DNA of 64,000 nt from the NCBI GenBank assembly GCA_030827165.1, contig JAURFB010000002.1:1514-65513 (forward strand), written 5' to 3'. The translations under genes were made by a program, and so were the position numbers. This document shows positions 17,984 to 27,477 of the stretch, piece after piece. Source of the stretch: Marivivens sp. GTDB lineage: Bacteria; Pseudomonadota; Alphaproteobacteria; Rhodobacterales; Rhodobacteraceae. The notes beneath the pieces were generated by a model, which did no database searches, was not told the origin of the DNA, and worked only from the letters and a program-made list of their open reading frames with translations. Numbering within the stretch: position 1 is the stretch's first letter; every line of letters starts with the position of its first letter.

Positions 17984-18580
17984 TTATTGCGCCAGTCCGC
18001 CAAGCTCTTTCACGAGCACATAGCTCAGGAAATCGGTGACGCGCACCACTTCGGTCTGGCCTTCGGAATCGAGCAACATCGCGGCCTGACCGCCAGGCGC
18101 GGCCAGATCGACCTCAAGCTCCCGGGCCGGCTCGATGATCTCCAGCGTTGTCGCGTCGCGCACCGCCAGCGTGAAGACGATATTGTAGACGCCGCCAACA
18201 GTCGCCCGGGTCTTCTCGGTCACGCCGTGAAACCTGACGAGGGCAATCTCGAGCACGACAGGAACCTGACCTGCCAGCCCAGGCTTGGCAAGTTCGAACG
18301 CATTTGTGAACAATCTGGCAATCTGGGCGTGGCGATTGCCGGGGGGATCGCCGCGCCAGACGATGTCGGCAAACGGATAATAGGCATTGGCTTCAGAGAC
18401 AGAAAGACCGGGCGGAATATCCACAATCGCATCGACCAGCGCATAACTTATGGAAATGTTCTCGGCCGGTGCAACCGAATAGGGGTTTGGTCGGAAGAAA
18501 GACTCTACCCTCTCCAAAGCGCTACAGCCGGACAGAACGACACCAGCGGCCACCACCAATGCAACACGCAACACTCTCAT
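17984..18580 (-). CDS. Hypothetical lipoprotein
   Basis: The signal peptide and lipobox read MRVLRVALVVAAGVVLSGCS. No family is recognised with certainty. Confidence 0.6.
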   Translation of the reverse strand: MRVLRVALVVAAGVVLSGCSALERVESFFRPNPYSVAPAENISISYALVDAIVDIPPGLSVSEANAYYPFADIVWRGDPPGNRHAQIARLFTNAFELAKPGLAGQVPVVLEIALVRFHGVTEKTRATVGGVYNIVFTLAVRDATTLEIIEPARELEVDLAAPGGQAAMLLDSEGQTEVVRVTDFLSYVLVKELGGLAQ

Positions 18581-18740
18581 AGTTCAATTCCCTTTTCCGC
18601 CCCAAGACTGGGCAAAACGAAGACCACCTAGGTGGCGTTTGTGGCCAGAATGTGGAAAATCTTCCAACAATTTTGATTTTTTCTTCCGAATAGGTGATTT
18701 TCTTCAACAGTTGCCCCTCGAAACATAGGAAATTGGCGGT

Positions 18741-18752
18741 TGTTAGCGCTAA
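18741..18752. promoter_or_regulatory. Perfect 12-bp palindrome GTTAGCGCTAAC upstream of edd (LacI-family operator candidate)
   Basis: The palindrome has a central CG and lies 45 nt upstream of the edd ATG, in a relatively AT-rich intergenic region. Confidence 0.45.
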
Positions 18753-18796
18753 CTTTCGATGCTAGGACAGGCCAACTCAAGAAAGCGGAGCCTGAG

Positions 18797-20602
18797 ATGA
18801 CGCTGAACGCGACAATCGCTGATGTGACCGAGCGAATTCGCCGGCGGAGCGCGCCGGGCCGCGCGGCCTATCTTGCGCGGATGGAAGCGGCGGCCGAAGC
18901 CGGCCCGCGCCGCGCGCATTTGACATGCGGCAATCAGGCCCACGCCTATGCGGCGATGGGGGATGACAAAGCCGCTTTGGCCACTGGGCGCACGCCGAAT
19001 ATCGGCATCATCACCGCCTACAACGATATGCTCTCGGCGCATCAGCCCTTTGAGTCCTATCCTGCCCTGATCCGCGAAGCGGCCCGCAAGGCCGGCGCTA
19101 CGGCGCAGGTTGCGGGTGGGGTTCCGGCCATGTGCGATGGCGTGACCCAAGGGCAGACGGGGATGGAGCTTTCGCTCTTCAGCCGCGACGTGATTGCGCT
19201 GGCCGCGGGCGTGGGCCTGTCGCACAACACCTTTGACGCAACGCTCTATCTTGGCGTCTGCGACAAGATCGTGCCGGGGCTTGTCATGGCGGCGGCGACC
19301 TTTGGCTATCTTCCGGCGGTCTTTCTGCCCGCAGGCCCGATGACCTCGGGCATTCCGAATGACGAGAAGGCCAAGGTGCGCCAGAAATTCGCTGTCGGCG
19401 AAGCGACGCGCGAAGAGTTGATGGCATCGGAAATGGCCTCTTACCACGGCCCCGGCACCTGCACCTTCTATGGCACCGCCAACTCCAACCAGATGCTGAT
19501 GGAATTCATGGGCCTGCACCTTCCGGGCGCGAGCTTTGTCAATCCCGGCACGCCCCTGCGCGAGGCGCTGACCATTGCAGGCACCGAGCGCGCGCTCGAG
19601 ATCACAGCGCTTGGCAATGATTATCGGCCCGCGAGCGCGATCCTTGACGAACGCAGTTTCGTCAACGGCATCGTCGGCCTCATGGCCACCGGCGGATCGA
19701 CCAACCTTGTTCTGCACTTGCCTGCCATGGCACGGGCGGCGGGGATTACCCTGACGCTCGAGGACTTCGCAGATATCTCGCGCGTCACGCCGCTCATGGC
19801 CAAGGTCTATCCCAACGGCCTTGCCGACGTGAACCATTTCCACGCCGCGGGCGGTCTTGCCTATATGATCGGCGAATTGCTGTCCGATGGCCTTCTGCAC
19901 GACGATACGGTGACGGTCGCGGGCGACGGCCTTGCCCTGTACACCCGCGAGCCCAAGCTCGGGCTCACCGGCCTCACCTATGTCGATGGCCCGCGCGCAA
20001 GCGCCAATGACCGTATCCTGCGCCCCGCCGCTGATCCGTTCAGCCCCACAGGCGGTGTCGTTCAGCTTGACGGCAACCTCGGGCATGGGGTGATCAAGGT
20101 CTCCGCCGTCGCCGCCGATCGCCATGTGATCGAAGCCCCTGCCCGCATCTTCCACGACCAAGAGGCGGTGAAGACTGCGTTCCAGAAGGGCGAGTTCACC
20201 TCCGACACCGTTGTCGTCGTTCGCTTCCAGGGGCCGAAATCCAACGGGATGCCGGAGCTGCACGGCCTGACGCCGATCCTTTCGGTACTGCAAGATCGCG
20301 GCCTGCGGGTGGCCTTGGTGACGGATGGCCGGATGTCGGGCGCCTCGGGCAAGGTTCCGGCGGCGATCCATGTCAGCCCCGAAGCCGCCGATGGCGGCCC
20401 CCTTGCGCGGCTGCGCGATCGCGATATGGTCCGGCTCGATGCGGATAAAGGCACGCTCGAGGCCGTTGGCGTCGATCTGGCCGCCCGCGCCCCCGCCGAA
20501 GCCGATCTGACCGGCAATGGCACCGGCGTCGGGCGCGAATTGTTTGACGTTTTCCGCAAAAATGTCGGCCTCGCCTCCACCGGCGCCGCCGTTGTCGTCT
20601 AA
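18797..20602 (+). CDS. edd: Phosphogluconate dehydratase (Entner-Doudoroff)
   Basis: This is an IlvD/Edd family protein: [28 protein letters not shown]. Starting at [14 protein letters not shown] gives 601 aa, a typical Edd length. Confidence 0.92.
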   Translation: MTLNATIADVTERIRRRSAPGRAAYLARMEAAAEAGPRRAHLTCGNQAHAYAAMGDDKAALATGRTPNIGIITAYNDMLSAHQPFESYPALIREAARKAGATAQVAGGVPAMCDGVTQGQTGMELSLFSRDVIALAAGVGLSHNTFDATLYLGVCDKIVPGLVMAAATFGYLPAVFLPAGPMTSGIPNDEKAKVRQKFAVGEATREELMASEMASYHGPGTCTFYGTANSNQMLMEFMGLHLPGASFVNPGTPLREALTIAGTERALEITALGNDYRPASAILDERSFVNGIVGLMATGGSTNLVLHLPAMARAAGITLTLEDFADISRVTPLMAKVYPNGLADVNHFHAAGGLAYMIGELLSDGLLHDDTVTVAGDGLALYTREPKLGLTGLTYVDGPRASANDRILRPAADPFSPTGGVVQLDGNLGHGVIKVSAVAADRHVIEAPARIFHDQEAVKTAFQKGEFTSDTVVVVRFQGPKSNGMPELHGLTPILSVLQDRGLRVALVTDGRMSGASGKVPAAIHVSPEAADGGPLARLRDRDMVRLDADKGTLEAVGVDLAARAPAEADLTGNGTGVGRELFDVFRKNVGLASTGAAVVV

Positions 20603-20617
20603 ATTGAGAGACCGCAT

Positions 20618-21253
20618 ATGACCCCCGAACACGCCTCTGATCTTACCCGTCAGCTTTGCGAGCTTGCTCCTGTCGTCCCTGTCCTCGTGATCGACGATGC
20701 CGCCAAAGCCGAGGGCCTCGCGCAGGCGCTTATCGCCGGTGGCCTTCCGGCGCTTGAAGTGACGCTGCGCACACCCGCCGCGCTTGAAGCGATCAGCGAA
20801 ATGGCCAAGGTGGCAGGTGGCGTGGTCGGGGCCGGAACGCTTGTGACCACCGCCGATGTCGAGGCCGCAAAGAAGGCCGGTGCGGTTTTCGGCGTCTCGC
20901 CCGGTGCGACCGACCGACTTTTGGATGCCTGCGAGGCCAATGATCTGCCGCTCCTGCCCGGCGCGGCCACTTCGACCGAAGTGATGCGGCTTCTCGAGCG
21001 CGGCTATACGATGCAGAAATTCTTTCCCGCCGAAGCCAATGGCGGCGCCAAAGCGCTCAAGGCCATCGGCGCACCGCTGCCGCAGGTGAAATTCTGCCCC
21101 ACCGGCGGCATCACCCTCGAGAACGCCCATGATTACCTGAGCCTTGCCAACACGATCTGCGTGGGCGGCAGTTGGGTCGCCCCTGCGGGCCTCGTCCGCG
21201 CCGGCGACTGGGCGGCGATCACCGCGCTCGCGGCTGAGGCCTCGATGCTCTAG
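20618..21253 (+). CDS. eda: KDPG/KHG aldolase
   Basis: The 211-aa ORF has LEVTLRTPAALEAI and KFFPAEANGG...KFCPTGGI. It lies immediately downstream of edd. Confidence 0.9.
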   Translation: MTPEHASDLTRQLCELAPVVPVLVIDDAAKAEGLAQALIAGGLPALEVTLRTPAALEAISEMAKVAGGVVGAGTLVTTADVEAAKKAGAVFGVSPGATDRLLDACEANDLPLLPGAATSTEVMRLLERGYTMQKFFPAEANGGAKALKAIGAPLPQVKFCPTGGITLENAHDYLSLANTICVGGSWVAPAGLVRAGDWAAITALAAEASML

Positions 21254-21308
21254 CCCCTTGCCGGAATCGCCCGCGCCGCAGAGGATGCAGCAACGGTTTT
21301 CGGAGTGA

Positions 21309-21788
21309 GTGATGAGCGACAGCCAAAGTATCCGCACCTGCCTGTGGTTCGAGAATGGCGCCGAAGAGGCCGCACGCTTCTATGTCTCGCTCTTCGAGGG
21401 GGCCGAGATCACACATGTCTTCCCGATGCGCGGCGATCCCGAGGGGCGCGCTTTCCTCGTCCACTGGACGATGCTCGGCCAGAAATTCTCCGCCATGAAC
21501 GGCGGCCCCGGCTTTCCCCACAGTGCGGCGGCTTCGATCGAGGTTCATGTCGAGACCCAAGCCGAGGTGGATCGCCTTTGGCAGGCCCTCACCGCGAATG
21601 GCGGCAAAGAGGGCCGCTGCGGCTGGCTGACCGACCGGTTCGGGATCAGCTGGCAGATCATCCCCGAAGCCCTGCCCCGGCTTCTCCAGACAAAAGACGA
21701 GGCGCAGGCGCAGCGCGTCACCCACGCGATGTTTGCCATGACCAAACTCGATGCCGCCGCCCTTGAAGCCGCGGCCAAAGGCACCTAG
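21309..21788 (+). CDS. VOC-superfamily protein (PhnB / 3-demethylubiquinone-9 methyltransferase-like domain)
   Basis: It has CLWFENGAEEAARFYVSLF and CGWLTDRFGISWQI, the pattern of that domain family. Confidence 0.75.
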   Translation: MMSDSQSIRTCLWFENGAEEAARFYVSLFEGAEITHVFPMRGDPEGRAFLVHWTMLGQKFSAMNGGPGFPHSAAASIEVHVETQAEVDRLWQALTANGGKEGRCGWLTDRFGISWQIIPEALPRLLQTKDEAQAQRVTHAMFAMTKLDAAALEAAAKGT

Positions 21789-22051
21789 GCCTGCATCCGC
21801 CCTGCCCGTCCGCCGCGGCGGCGGGGGCCAGCGCCTTCCTCCAGCGCGGCCTTGAGTGTGACCGTCATCGGATGATCCGCCGGCTCGCCCGCATGGCGGG
21901 CCAGAAGCGCGCGGACCTTCTCGCGCGGGTCGCCTCCGAGCGGAACCGACAGCGCCCAATCGAGAAAGATCGACCGGCATTCCGGCGCGCCGATCCCGTC
22001 GATGAGATAGGCCTCGCGGATCAGCCCCTTGGGGTCGAGTTCATCCTTCAT
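21785..22051 (-). CDS. Hypothetical small protein (88 aa)
   Basis: Only the part from MKDELDPKGLIREAYLIDGIG looks coding. Its start overlaps the glnE 3' end by 11 nt. No family is recognised. Confidence 0.4.
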   Translation of the reverse strand: MKDELDPKGLIREAYLIDGIGAPECRSIFLDWALSVPLGGDPREKVRALLARHAGEPADHPMTVTLKAALEEGAGPRRRGGRAGRMQA

Positions 22052-24836
22052 CCTTGTCTCTTCCCTCCGCACGAGCGACCTGTAGCTGCCGGTCGATGAT
22101 CCCGGCCGCCTCGCCCGCCCGCGCCTCGAGCGCGCGCTGCAGATCCTCGATCGTCTCAAACCCCGTCTCCCGCAAGATGAATCGCCGCCCCGCCTCGCCA
22201 AGTGCCTCCGGCTCCAGATCGCCCCCCGTGAGAAGGCGGGCCGCAGCCTGCACTTGCCACAAAAGCTCTTCTGCCTCCGAAAGCGCCGCCGCGTCTGCGG
22301 CATCGAGCCAGCCGGAAGCGACACCGGCCGCCAATTGCGCCTCGGTCAGACGCACCGGCGCGCCGGACAGGAGCGCCGCGGTTTGCGAAAAGAGTTCGAT
22401 GTCCTGAAGCCGCCCCGGCCCGATCTTGGCATCATACGCGCCAGAGGGGTGTTTGGCCGCGGCGATTCTGCCGCGCATTTCGGCCACGTCGGCGAGGATC
22501 CCGGCCCCGGTCGACTTTTCTTTCAGAAGGGTCTGCCGGAAGGCCTCGACCTCATTCGCCAGCCCGCCGCTGCCTGCCAGCGGACGGGCGCGGGTCAGGG
22601 CAAGGTGCTCCCAGGTCCAGGCTTCGGTGAGCTGATAGTCGCGGAAGGACGTGATCGAGGTTGCCACCGGCCCCTGCCGCCCGGAGGGGCGCAGCCGCAT
22701 ATCCACCTCGTAGAGCCGCCCATCCGACATCGGCGCTGTGACCGCCGTCACCAAGGCCTGCGTCAGACGCGCGAAATAGGGGCGCGTGGCCAAGGGGCGC
22801 GGGCCATCCGACTCGTCGGCCTCGCCTGCATCATAGATCATTATGAGATCAAGGTCGGAGCCCGCGTTGAGCCGATGGGCCCCCAGCGACCCCATGCCCA
22901 GGACGACCGCACCAGAACCGGGCAAGGGCCCGTGTTTGCGGGCAAACTCCTCGACCACGACAGGCCAGAGCCCGGCGATCACGGCTTCCGCCAGGTCGGC
23001 ATATTCCTGCCCCGCCTCCTCGGCGCTGACCAATCCGCGCAGGTGATGCACACCGATCCGGAAATGCCATTCCTTCATCCAGCGCCGCGCCATGTTGAGC
23101 CGCCCCTCATAGTCGGGCGCGTCCGACATGGCGCGCGCCACAAGCCGCGTCAGTTCGGCGACCTCGAGCCAGGGCGAGAAGAACGAACCGCCGATGACCA
23201 TGTCAAACACATCGGAATTGCGCGACAGATACTGCGCCAGCGCCGGAGCGGTGCCGCAGATATCGACGACAAGGCGCGTCAGCTGAGGATTGGCGTCGAA
23301 AAGCGCGAAGAGCTGCACACCGGCAGGCAGGCCCGCGAGGAACGTGTCGAACTGTTTGAGCGCCTCGTCCGGCTTGGCCGCCTCCTTCAGGCTCTCGATC
23401 ACCTGCGGCAGCACCCGCTTGAAGATCTCGGCCGCCCGCGCGGTGCGCAAGGCGGGATAGTTCCGCCATCGTTGTGTGACCTCGCGGCCAAAATCGTCGC
23501 CGGTCTGGGTGGGCGCGGAGGGCGCGAAGAACCCTTCCGTCAGCTCGTGCACCTCTTCGCAACGGCCTTCGATATCCTTGCGCAAGGCGGGCGCATCCAT
23601 CCCCATCAACGCCGAGAGCCGATCCCAGCCTTCGGGTGTCGTCGGCAAGTGGTGGGTCTGTTGATCCGCGGTCATCTGCACCCGATGCTCGACTTCGCGG
23701 TGATGCCGGTAATGGTCATAAAGCCGCTCGGCGTGATCCCTGGCAACCCAGCCCGCGTGGGCCAGCCGATCGAGCCCCTCGCGCGTGCCGCGCACGCGGA
23801 GCGAGGGATCGCGGCCACCGGCGATAAGCTGGCGGGTCTGAGTGAAAAACTCGATCTCGCGGATGCCGCCACGCCCGAGCTTGAGGTTGTGACCATCGAG
23901 GACAAGCGGACCGTGCAGCCCTTTGTGATCGCGGATCCTCAGGCGCATGTCATGTGCATCCTGAATGGCCACAAAATCGAGGTGCTTGCGCCAGACGAAC
24001 GGCCGCAAGGCCGAAAGGAACCTCGCTCCCGCCTCGCGGTCGCCGGCACTGGGGCGTGCCTTGATATAGGCGGCGCGTTCCCATGTCCGGCCGACACTTT
24101 CGTAATACCCCTCGGCCGCGCCCATCGAGATGCACACCGGCGTCACCGCCGCATCGGGCCGCAGGCGCAGGTCGGTGCGGAACACATACCCCTCTCCTGT
24201 CAGGTCCGACAAAAGGCCGGTCATCCGCCGCGTCACGCGCACGAAAGAGGCGCGGGCATCGTCATAGCTGTCGTCGTCAAAGCGGCTCTCATCGAAAAGC
24301 ATGATGAGGTCGATGTCGGAGGAGTAATTGAGCTCTCCCGCCCCCATCTTGCCCATCGCCAGCGCGACCATGCCGCCTGCGGTCCTGGCATCTTCGGTGG
24401 AAAGCCCCGGTATCTTGCCCCGCGCAATCTCGGCCGCGACGAGGCGGCGCAGGCAGGTATCGACGGCGGCATCGGCGAAATCGGTGAGGACCTGAGTGAC
24501 AACTTCAAGCGGCCAGACCCCGCCAAGATCGGCAAGCCCCGTCAGAAGGGCCACCCGCCGCTTGGCCTGCCGCAGACCGTCGGAGAGCTTGTCGAGCGGC
24601 AGATCCGCCGCCGCGGTCAACACCGACCCCAAGGCATCGTCGGGCGCATCGAACGCGCCCGCGAGCCATTCCGCCTCGCGGGCGATCAGGCCGGCAAGAT
24701 AGGGGCTCGATCCGGCCGCCCCTTCCACAACTTCCCGCGTGCGCGGCGGAAGGTCGGGCAATTTCACGAGCGCCTCTGCCCCCCTGTCGGGATCGAAGGG
24801 GCGCGGACTGCGGGTGATGCGGGATTCGAAGCTCAT
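22041..24836 (-). CDS. glnE: Bifunctional glutamine synthetase adenylyltransferase/adenylyl-removing enzyme
   Basis: Starting at MSFESRITRSP gives 931 aa. It has two nucleotidyltransferase modules (GKMGAGELNYSSDIDLIMLF and GMGSLGAHRLNAGSDLDLIMIY). The track's extra 168 N-terminal codons are an Arg-rich extension without family support. Confidence 0.9.
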   Translation of the reverse strand: MSFESRITRSPRPFDPDRGAEALVKLPDLPPRTREVVEGAAGSSPYLAGLIAREAEWLAGAFDAPDDALGSVLTAAADLPLDKLSDGLRQAKRRVALLTGLADLGGVWPLEVVTQVLTDFADAAVDTCLRRLVAAEIARGKIPGLSTEDARTAGGMVALAMGKMGAGELNYSSDIDLIMLFDESRFDDDSYDDARASFVRVTRRMTGLLSDLTGEGYVFRTDLRLRPDAAVTPVCISMGAAEGYYESVGRTWERAAYIKARPSAGDREAGARFLSALRPFVWRKHLDFVAIQDAHDMRLRIRDHKGLHGPLVLDGHNLKLGRGGIREIEFFTQTRQLIAGGRDPSLRVRGTREGLDRLAHAGWVARDHAERLYDHYRHHREVEHRVQMTADQQTHHLPTTPEGWDRLSALMGMDAPALRKDIEGRCEEVHELTEGFFAPSAPTQTGDDFGREVTQRWRNYPALRTARAAEIFKRVLPQVIESLKEAAKPDEALKQFDTFLAGLPAGVQLFALFDANPQLTRLVVDICGTAPALAQYLSRNSDVFDMVIGGSFFSPWLEVAELTRLVARAMSDAPDYEGRLNMARRWMKEWHFRIGVHHLRGLVSAEEAGQEYADLAEAVIAGLWPVVVEEFARKHGPLPGSGAVVLGMGSLGAHRLNAGSDLDLIMIYDAGEADESDGPRPLATRPYFARLTQALVTAVTAPMSDGRLYEVDMRLRPSGRQGPVATSITSFRDYQLTEAWTWEHLALTRARPLAGSGGLANEVEAFRQTLLKEKSTGAGILADVAEMRGRIAAAKHPSGAYDAKIGPGRLQDIELFSQTAALLSGAPVRLTEAQLAAGVASGWLDAADAAALSEAEELLWQVQAAARLLTGGDLEPEALGEAGRRFILRETGFETIEDLQRALEARAGEAAGIIDRQLQVARAEGRDKDEG

Positions 24837-24917
24837 GCGCTCATCTGTGCAGCCTGATACGGGATGGTCAATTGCCCTGCGCTTTGCCAAATTCGCCGAA
24901 GGGAAAAGGAACGAACC

Positions 24918-25388
24918 ATGAGCAAGAGCCTCAGACGGGTGGTGGCGGCGCTGGATGCGGCCGGGGTCGATGTGGTGCCGATTGAAATGGCGGCCGAGAC
25001 ACGCACGGCGCAGCAGGCCGCCGACGCAGCTGGCTGCGCGCTCGACCAGATCGCCAAGTCGATCATCTTTCAGGGCCAGACAACGGGCGAGATCGTCCTG
25101 TTCCTGACCGCAGGCGGCAACCAGGTCGATCCGGCCAAAGCGGGTGCGCTGGCCGGCGAGGTGCTTGGACGCGCCGATGCGGACGCCGTCCGTGCCCATA
25201 CCGGTTTTGCGATCGGCGGGGTTTCCCCTGTGGGCCACCTGAACCCTGTCCGCTCTTTCATGGACCCACGGCTTCTCGAGTTCGACCGGATCTTCGCTGC
25301 TGCCGGCACGCCGAGGCATATCTTTCCGATCGCGCCGCAAACACTTTGCCAGATTACCGGGGCCACAGTCTCGGACTTTGCCGCCTAA
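24918..25388 (+). CDS. YbaK/EbsC-type aminoacyl-tRNA editing domain protein
   Basis: The 156-aa ORF has the pattern AQQAADAAGCALDQIAKSIIF and GFAIGGVSPVGH. The start is at MSKSLRR. Confidence 0.75.
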   Translation: MSKSLRRVVAALDAAGVDVVPIEMAAETRTAQQAADAAGCALDQIAKSIIFQGQTTGEIVLFLTAGGNQVDPAKAGALAGEVLGRADADAVRAHTGFAIGGVSPVGHLNPVRSFMDPRLLEFDRIFAAAGTPRHIFPIAPQTLCQITGATVSDFAA

Positions 25389-25558
25389 AGTTTTTGCGAG
25401 AAAAAATCAGCCTTCATCAAAGGGTTGGGCGGGTGCTGCAGTGCGTCATGTGAAAATCTTTAACATCGACCCTTGAAGCAGGCGGCGACCCCTCCGATAT
25501 GTGCAATGTGAAAGACATTCACATACCTTGTGACCCGATATTTCAAACGGAGACCACT

Positions 25559-25993
25559 ATGACCGACGCAACACTGCACCCTCCCTCCCGCGAAGGCTAT
25601 GCCCAGCCGGGCCTTTTCACCCGCGCCGAGGATTGGCTTGATGCCCGCGGCAAGGGAGCCTGGATCGCCGCGATGGTTCTTGGCTTTATTTTTGTCTGGC
25701 CCGTTGGCCTCGCGCTTCTGGCCTATATGATCTGGAATAAACGTATGTTCAGCCGTCATCGTTCGCACGCCCGTTTCGCCGCGCGTCGCTATGCCCACAC
25801 CGCCTTCACCAGCTCGGGCAACGGCGCTTTCGACGCTTATAAAACCGAGACCCTGCGCCGCCTTGAGGAAGAGCAGAAGAGCTTTGAAGCCTTCCTCGAC
25901 CGCCTGCGCGACGCCAAGGACAAGGCCGAGTTCGACCAGTTCATGGAAGACCGCACTGGCAAGCCGGTCGCCGGCCCGACGACCGAAGCCTGA
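25559..25993 (+). CDS. Membrane protein, DUF2852-like
   Basis: It has WIAAMVLGFIFVWPVGLALLAYMIW followed by GNGAFDAYKTETLRRLEEEQKSFEAFLDRLRDAKDKAEFDQFM. The family name is from memory. Confidence 0.55.
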   Translation: MTDATLHPPSREGYAQPGLFTRAEDWLDARGKGAWIAAMVLGFIFVWPVGLALLAYMIWNKRMFSRHRSHARFAARRYAHTAFTSSGNGAFDAYKTETLRRLEEEQKSFEAFLDRLRDAKDKAEFDQFMEDRTGKPVAGPTTEA

Positions 25994-26056
25994 TTTCCCT
26001 CCTCTTGCCGCGCCCTGTCATGGGGCGCGGCCTCCAACCAAGGACGCAACATTCCG

Positions 26057-26497
26057 ATGACTGGATTTTCCCTTCCCGATCCCGCGACGCAGCCCGAATT
26101 CTATCAGGGTGTCGTTCTCAAGCGGGGCCTTGCCTGGGTTTTCGACGCGATCCTGATCGGCATCCTGTCGGCGCTTGTTCTGCCCTTCACGGCCCTTACG
26201 GGCATCTTCTTCTTTCCCGGCCTGATGCTGGTCATGGGGTTCTTCTACCGCTGGTTTACGCTGGCAGGCGGGTCGAGCACCTGGGGGATGCGCCTGATGT
26301 CGATCGAGCTCCGTGAGGCCGATGGCGGCCGCTTCTCGGGCAGCACCGCATTCTGGCACACCGCGGGCTATACCTTCTCGATCCTGGTCGCGCCGCTCCA
26401 GCTGATTTCGGTGCTCCTCATGCTCGTGACCTCGCGCGGCCAGGGCCTGTCGGATCACGTGCTTGGCACCGCCGCGATCAATCGGCCCCTGCGCTAG
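26057..26497 (+). CDS. RDD family membrane protein
   Basis: It has three TM segments and conserved R/D positions (GMRLMSIELR, GLSDHVLGT). Confidence 0.7.
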   Translation: MTGFSLPDPATQPEFYQGVVLKRGLAWVFDAILIGILSALVLPFTALTGIFFFPGLMLVMGFFYRWFTLAGGSSTWGMRLMSIELREADGGRFSGSTAFWHTAGYTFSILVAPLQLISVLLMLVTSRGQGLSDHVLGTAAINRPLR

Positions 26498-26577
26498 ATC
26501 ATTAATCTTCTCGAAACCATGACTTGGCGGAACGGCGGCGGGTTGCTAACCTGCCGTCGTTCAGCATTCGAGAGCCT

Positions 26578-27411
26578 ATGCGTCATACCCTGCCGATAGC
26601 GCCCCAGTTCTATGTGACGGCACCACAGCCCTGCCCCTATCTCGAGGGGCGGATCGAACGCAAATTGTTCACCGCCCTGCAGGGCGAGCAGGCCGAGCTT
26701 TTGAACGACACGCTCTCCAAGCAGGGGTTTCGCCGGTCGCAGAACGTGCTCTACCGCCCCTCCTGCGCGGATTGCAGCGCCTGCCTGTCGGCACGGATAC
26801 GGGTTGCCGATTTCACTCCGAGCCGCAGCCAGCGGCGGGTGCTGAAGCGCAACGCCGATCTCTTGCGCCGGCCGACCTCGCCCTGGGCCACGGAGGATCA
26901 GTTCAATCTGTTTCGCCGCTATCTGGATCACCGGCACGCCACGGGCGGGATGGCCGACATGGACCTGTTTGAATTCGCGGCCATGGTCGAGGAAACGCCG
27001 GTCCGCTCGCGTCTGATCGAATACCTGACCCCCGACCCTGAGCTTGGCAGCGCTCTCACGGCGGTCTGCCTGACCGACATCCTCGATGACGGGCTGTCGA
27101 TGGTCTATTCCTTCTTTGACCCCGAGCGCGAGGGCGACAGCCTCGGAACCTATATCATCCTCGATCATATCGAGATCGCCCGCAATCTGGGCCTGCCTTA
27201 TGTCTATCTTGGCTATTGGGTGCCCGGCAGCCCGAAGATGGGCTACAAGGCCAAGTTTGACGCACTCGAGGTTTATGCCCGCGGGTGTTGGCGGCCGATG
27301 CGCGATCCGGCCGACTTCGACGCCGATATGCATCCGCTCTCGATTGCCCCCATCGCCGAACAGGTCGCCAGGATCGTATTGCCGGATTCCAGGGCCCCGA
27401 ACGGGATCTGA
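26578..27411 (+). CDS. bpt: Arginyltransferase-family protein (aspartate/glutamate leucyltransferase Bpt type)
   Basis: It has [33 protein letters not shown] and PYVYLGYWV. The start is at [12 protein letters not shown]. Confidence 0.85.
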   Translation: MRHTLPIAPQFYVTAPQPCPYLEGRIERKLFTALQGEQAELLNDTLSKQGFRRSQNVLYRPSCADCSACLSARIRVADFTPSRSQRRVLKRNADLLRRPTSPWATEDQFNLFRRYLDHRHATGGMADMDLFEFAAMVEETPVRSRLIEYLTPDPELGSALTAVCLTDILDDGLSMVYSFFDPEREGDSLGTYIILDHIEIARNLGLPYVYLGYWVPGSPKMGYKAKFDALEVYARGCWRPMRDPADFDADMHPLSIAPIAEQVARIVLPDSRAPNGI

Positions 27412-27429
27412 CCCGGCCAAGGCGCGCTG

Positions 27430-27459
27430 AAAGCCCCGGCCGTCATGGACCGGGGCTTT
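27430..27459. terminator. Hairpin between convergent bpt and the TRAP large permease gene
   Basis: A 10-bp stem (AAAGCCCCGG / CCGGGGCTTT) has a 10-nt loop. Confidence 0.6.
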
Positions 27460-27477
27460 GCATTGGCCGCGTCAAAC

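Noticed and set aside
18749-21337. An 862-aa ORF on the minus strand spanning edd and eda.
   Set aside because: It is entirely antisense to two genes with unmistakable family signatures. Its product is Arg/Gly/Ala-rich with no recognisable domain. This is a typical shadow frame of a high-GC genome.
22041-25340. The track's 1099-aa version of GlnE.
   Set aside because: The first 168 codons are Arg-rich, overlap the divergent ybaK-like gene region, and are not part of the GlnE family N-terminus. The start at 24836 gives a normal length of 931 aa.
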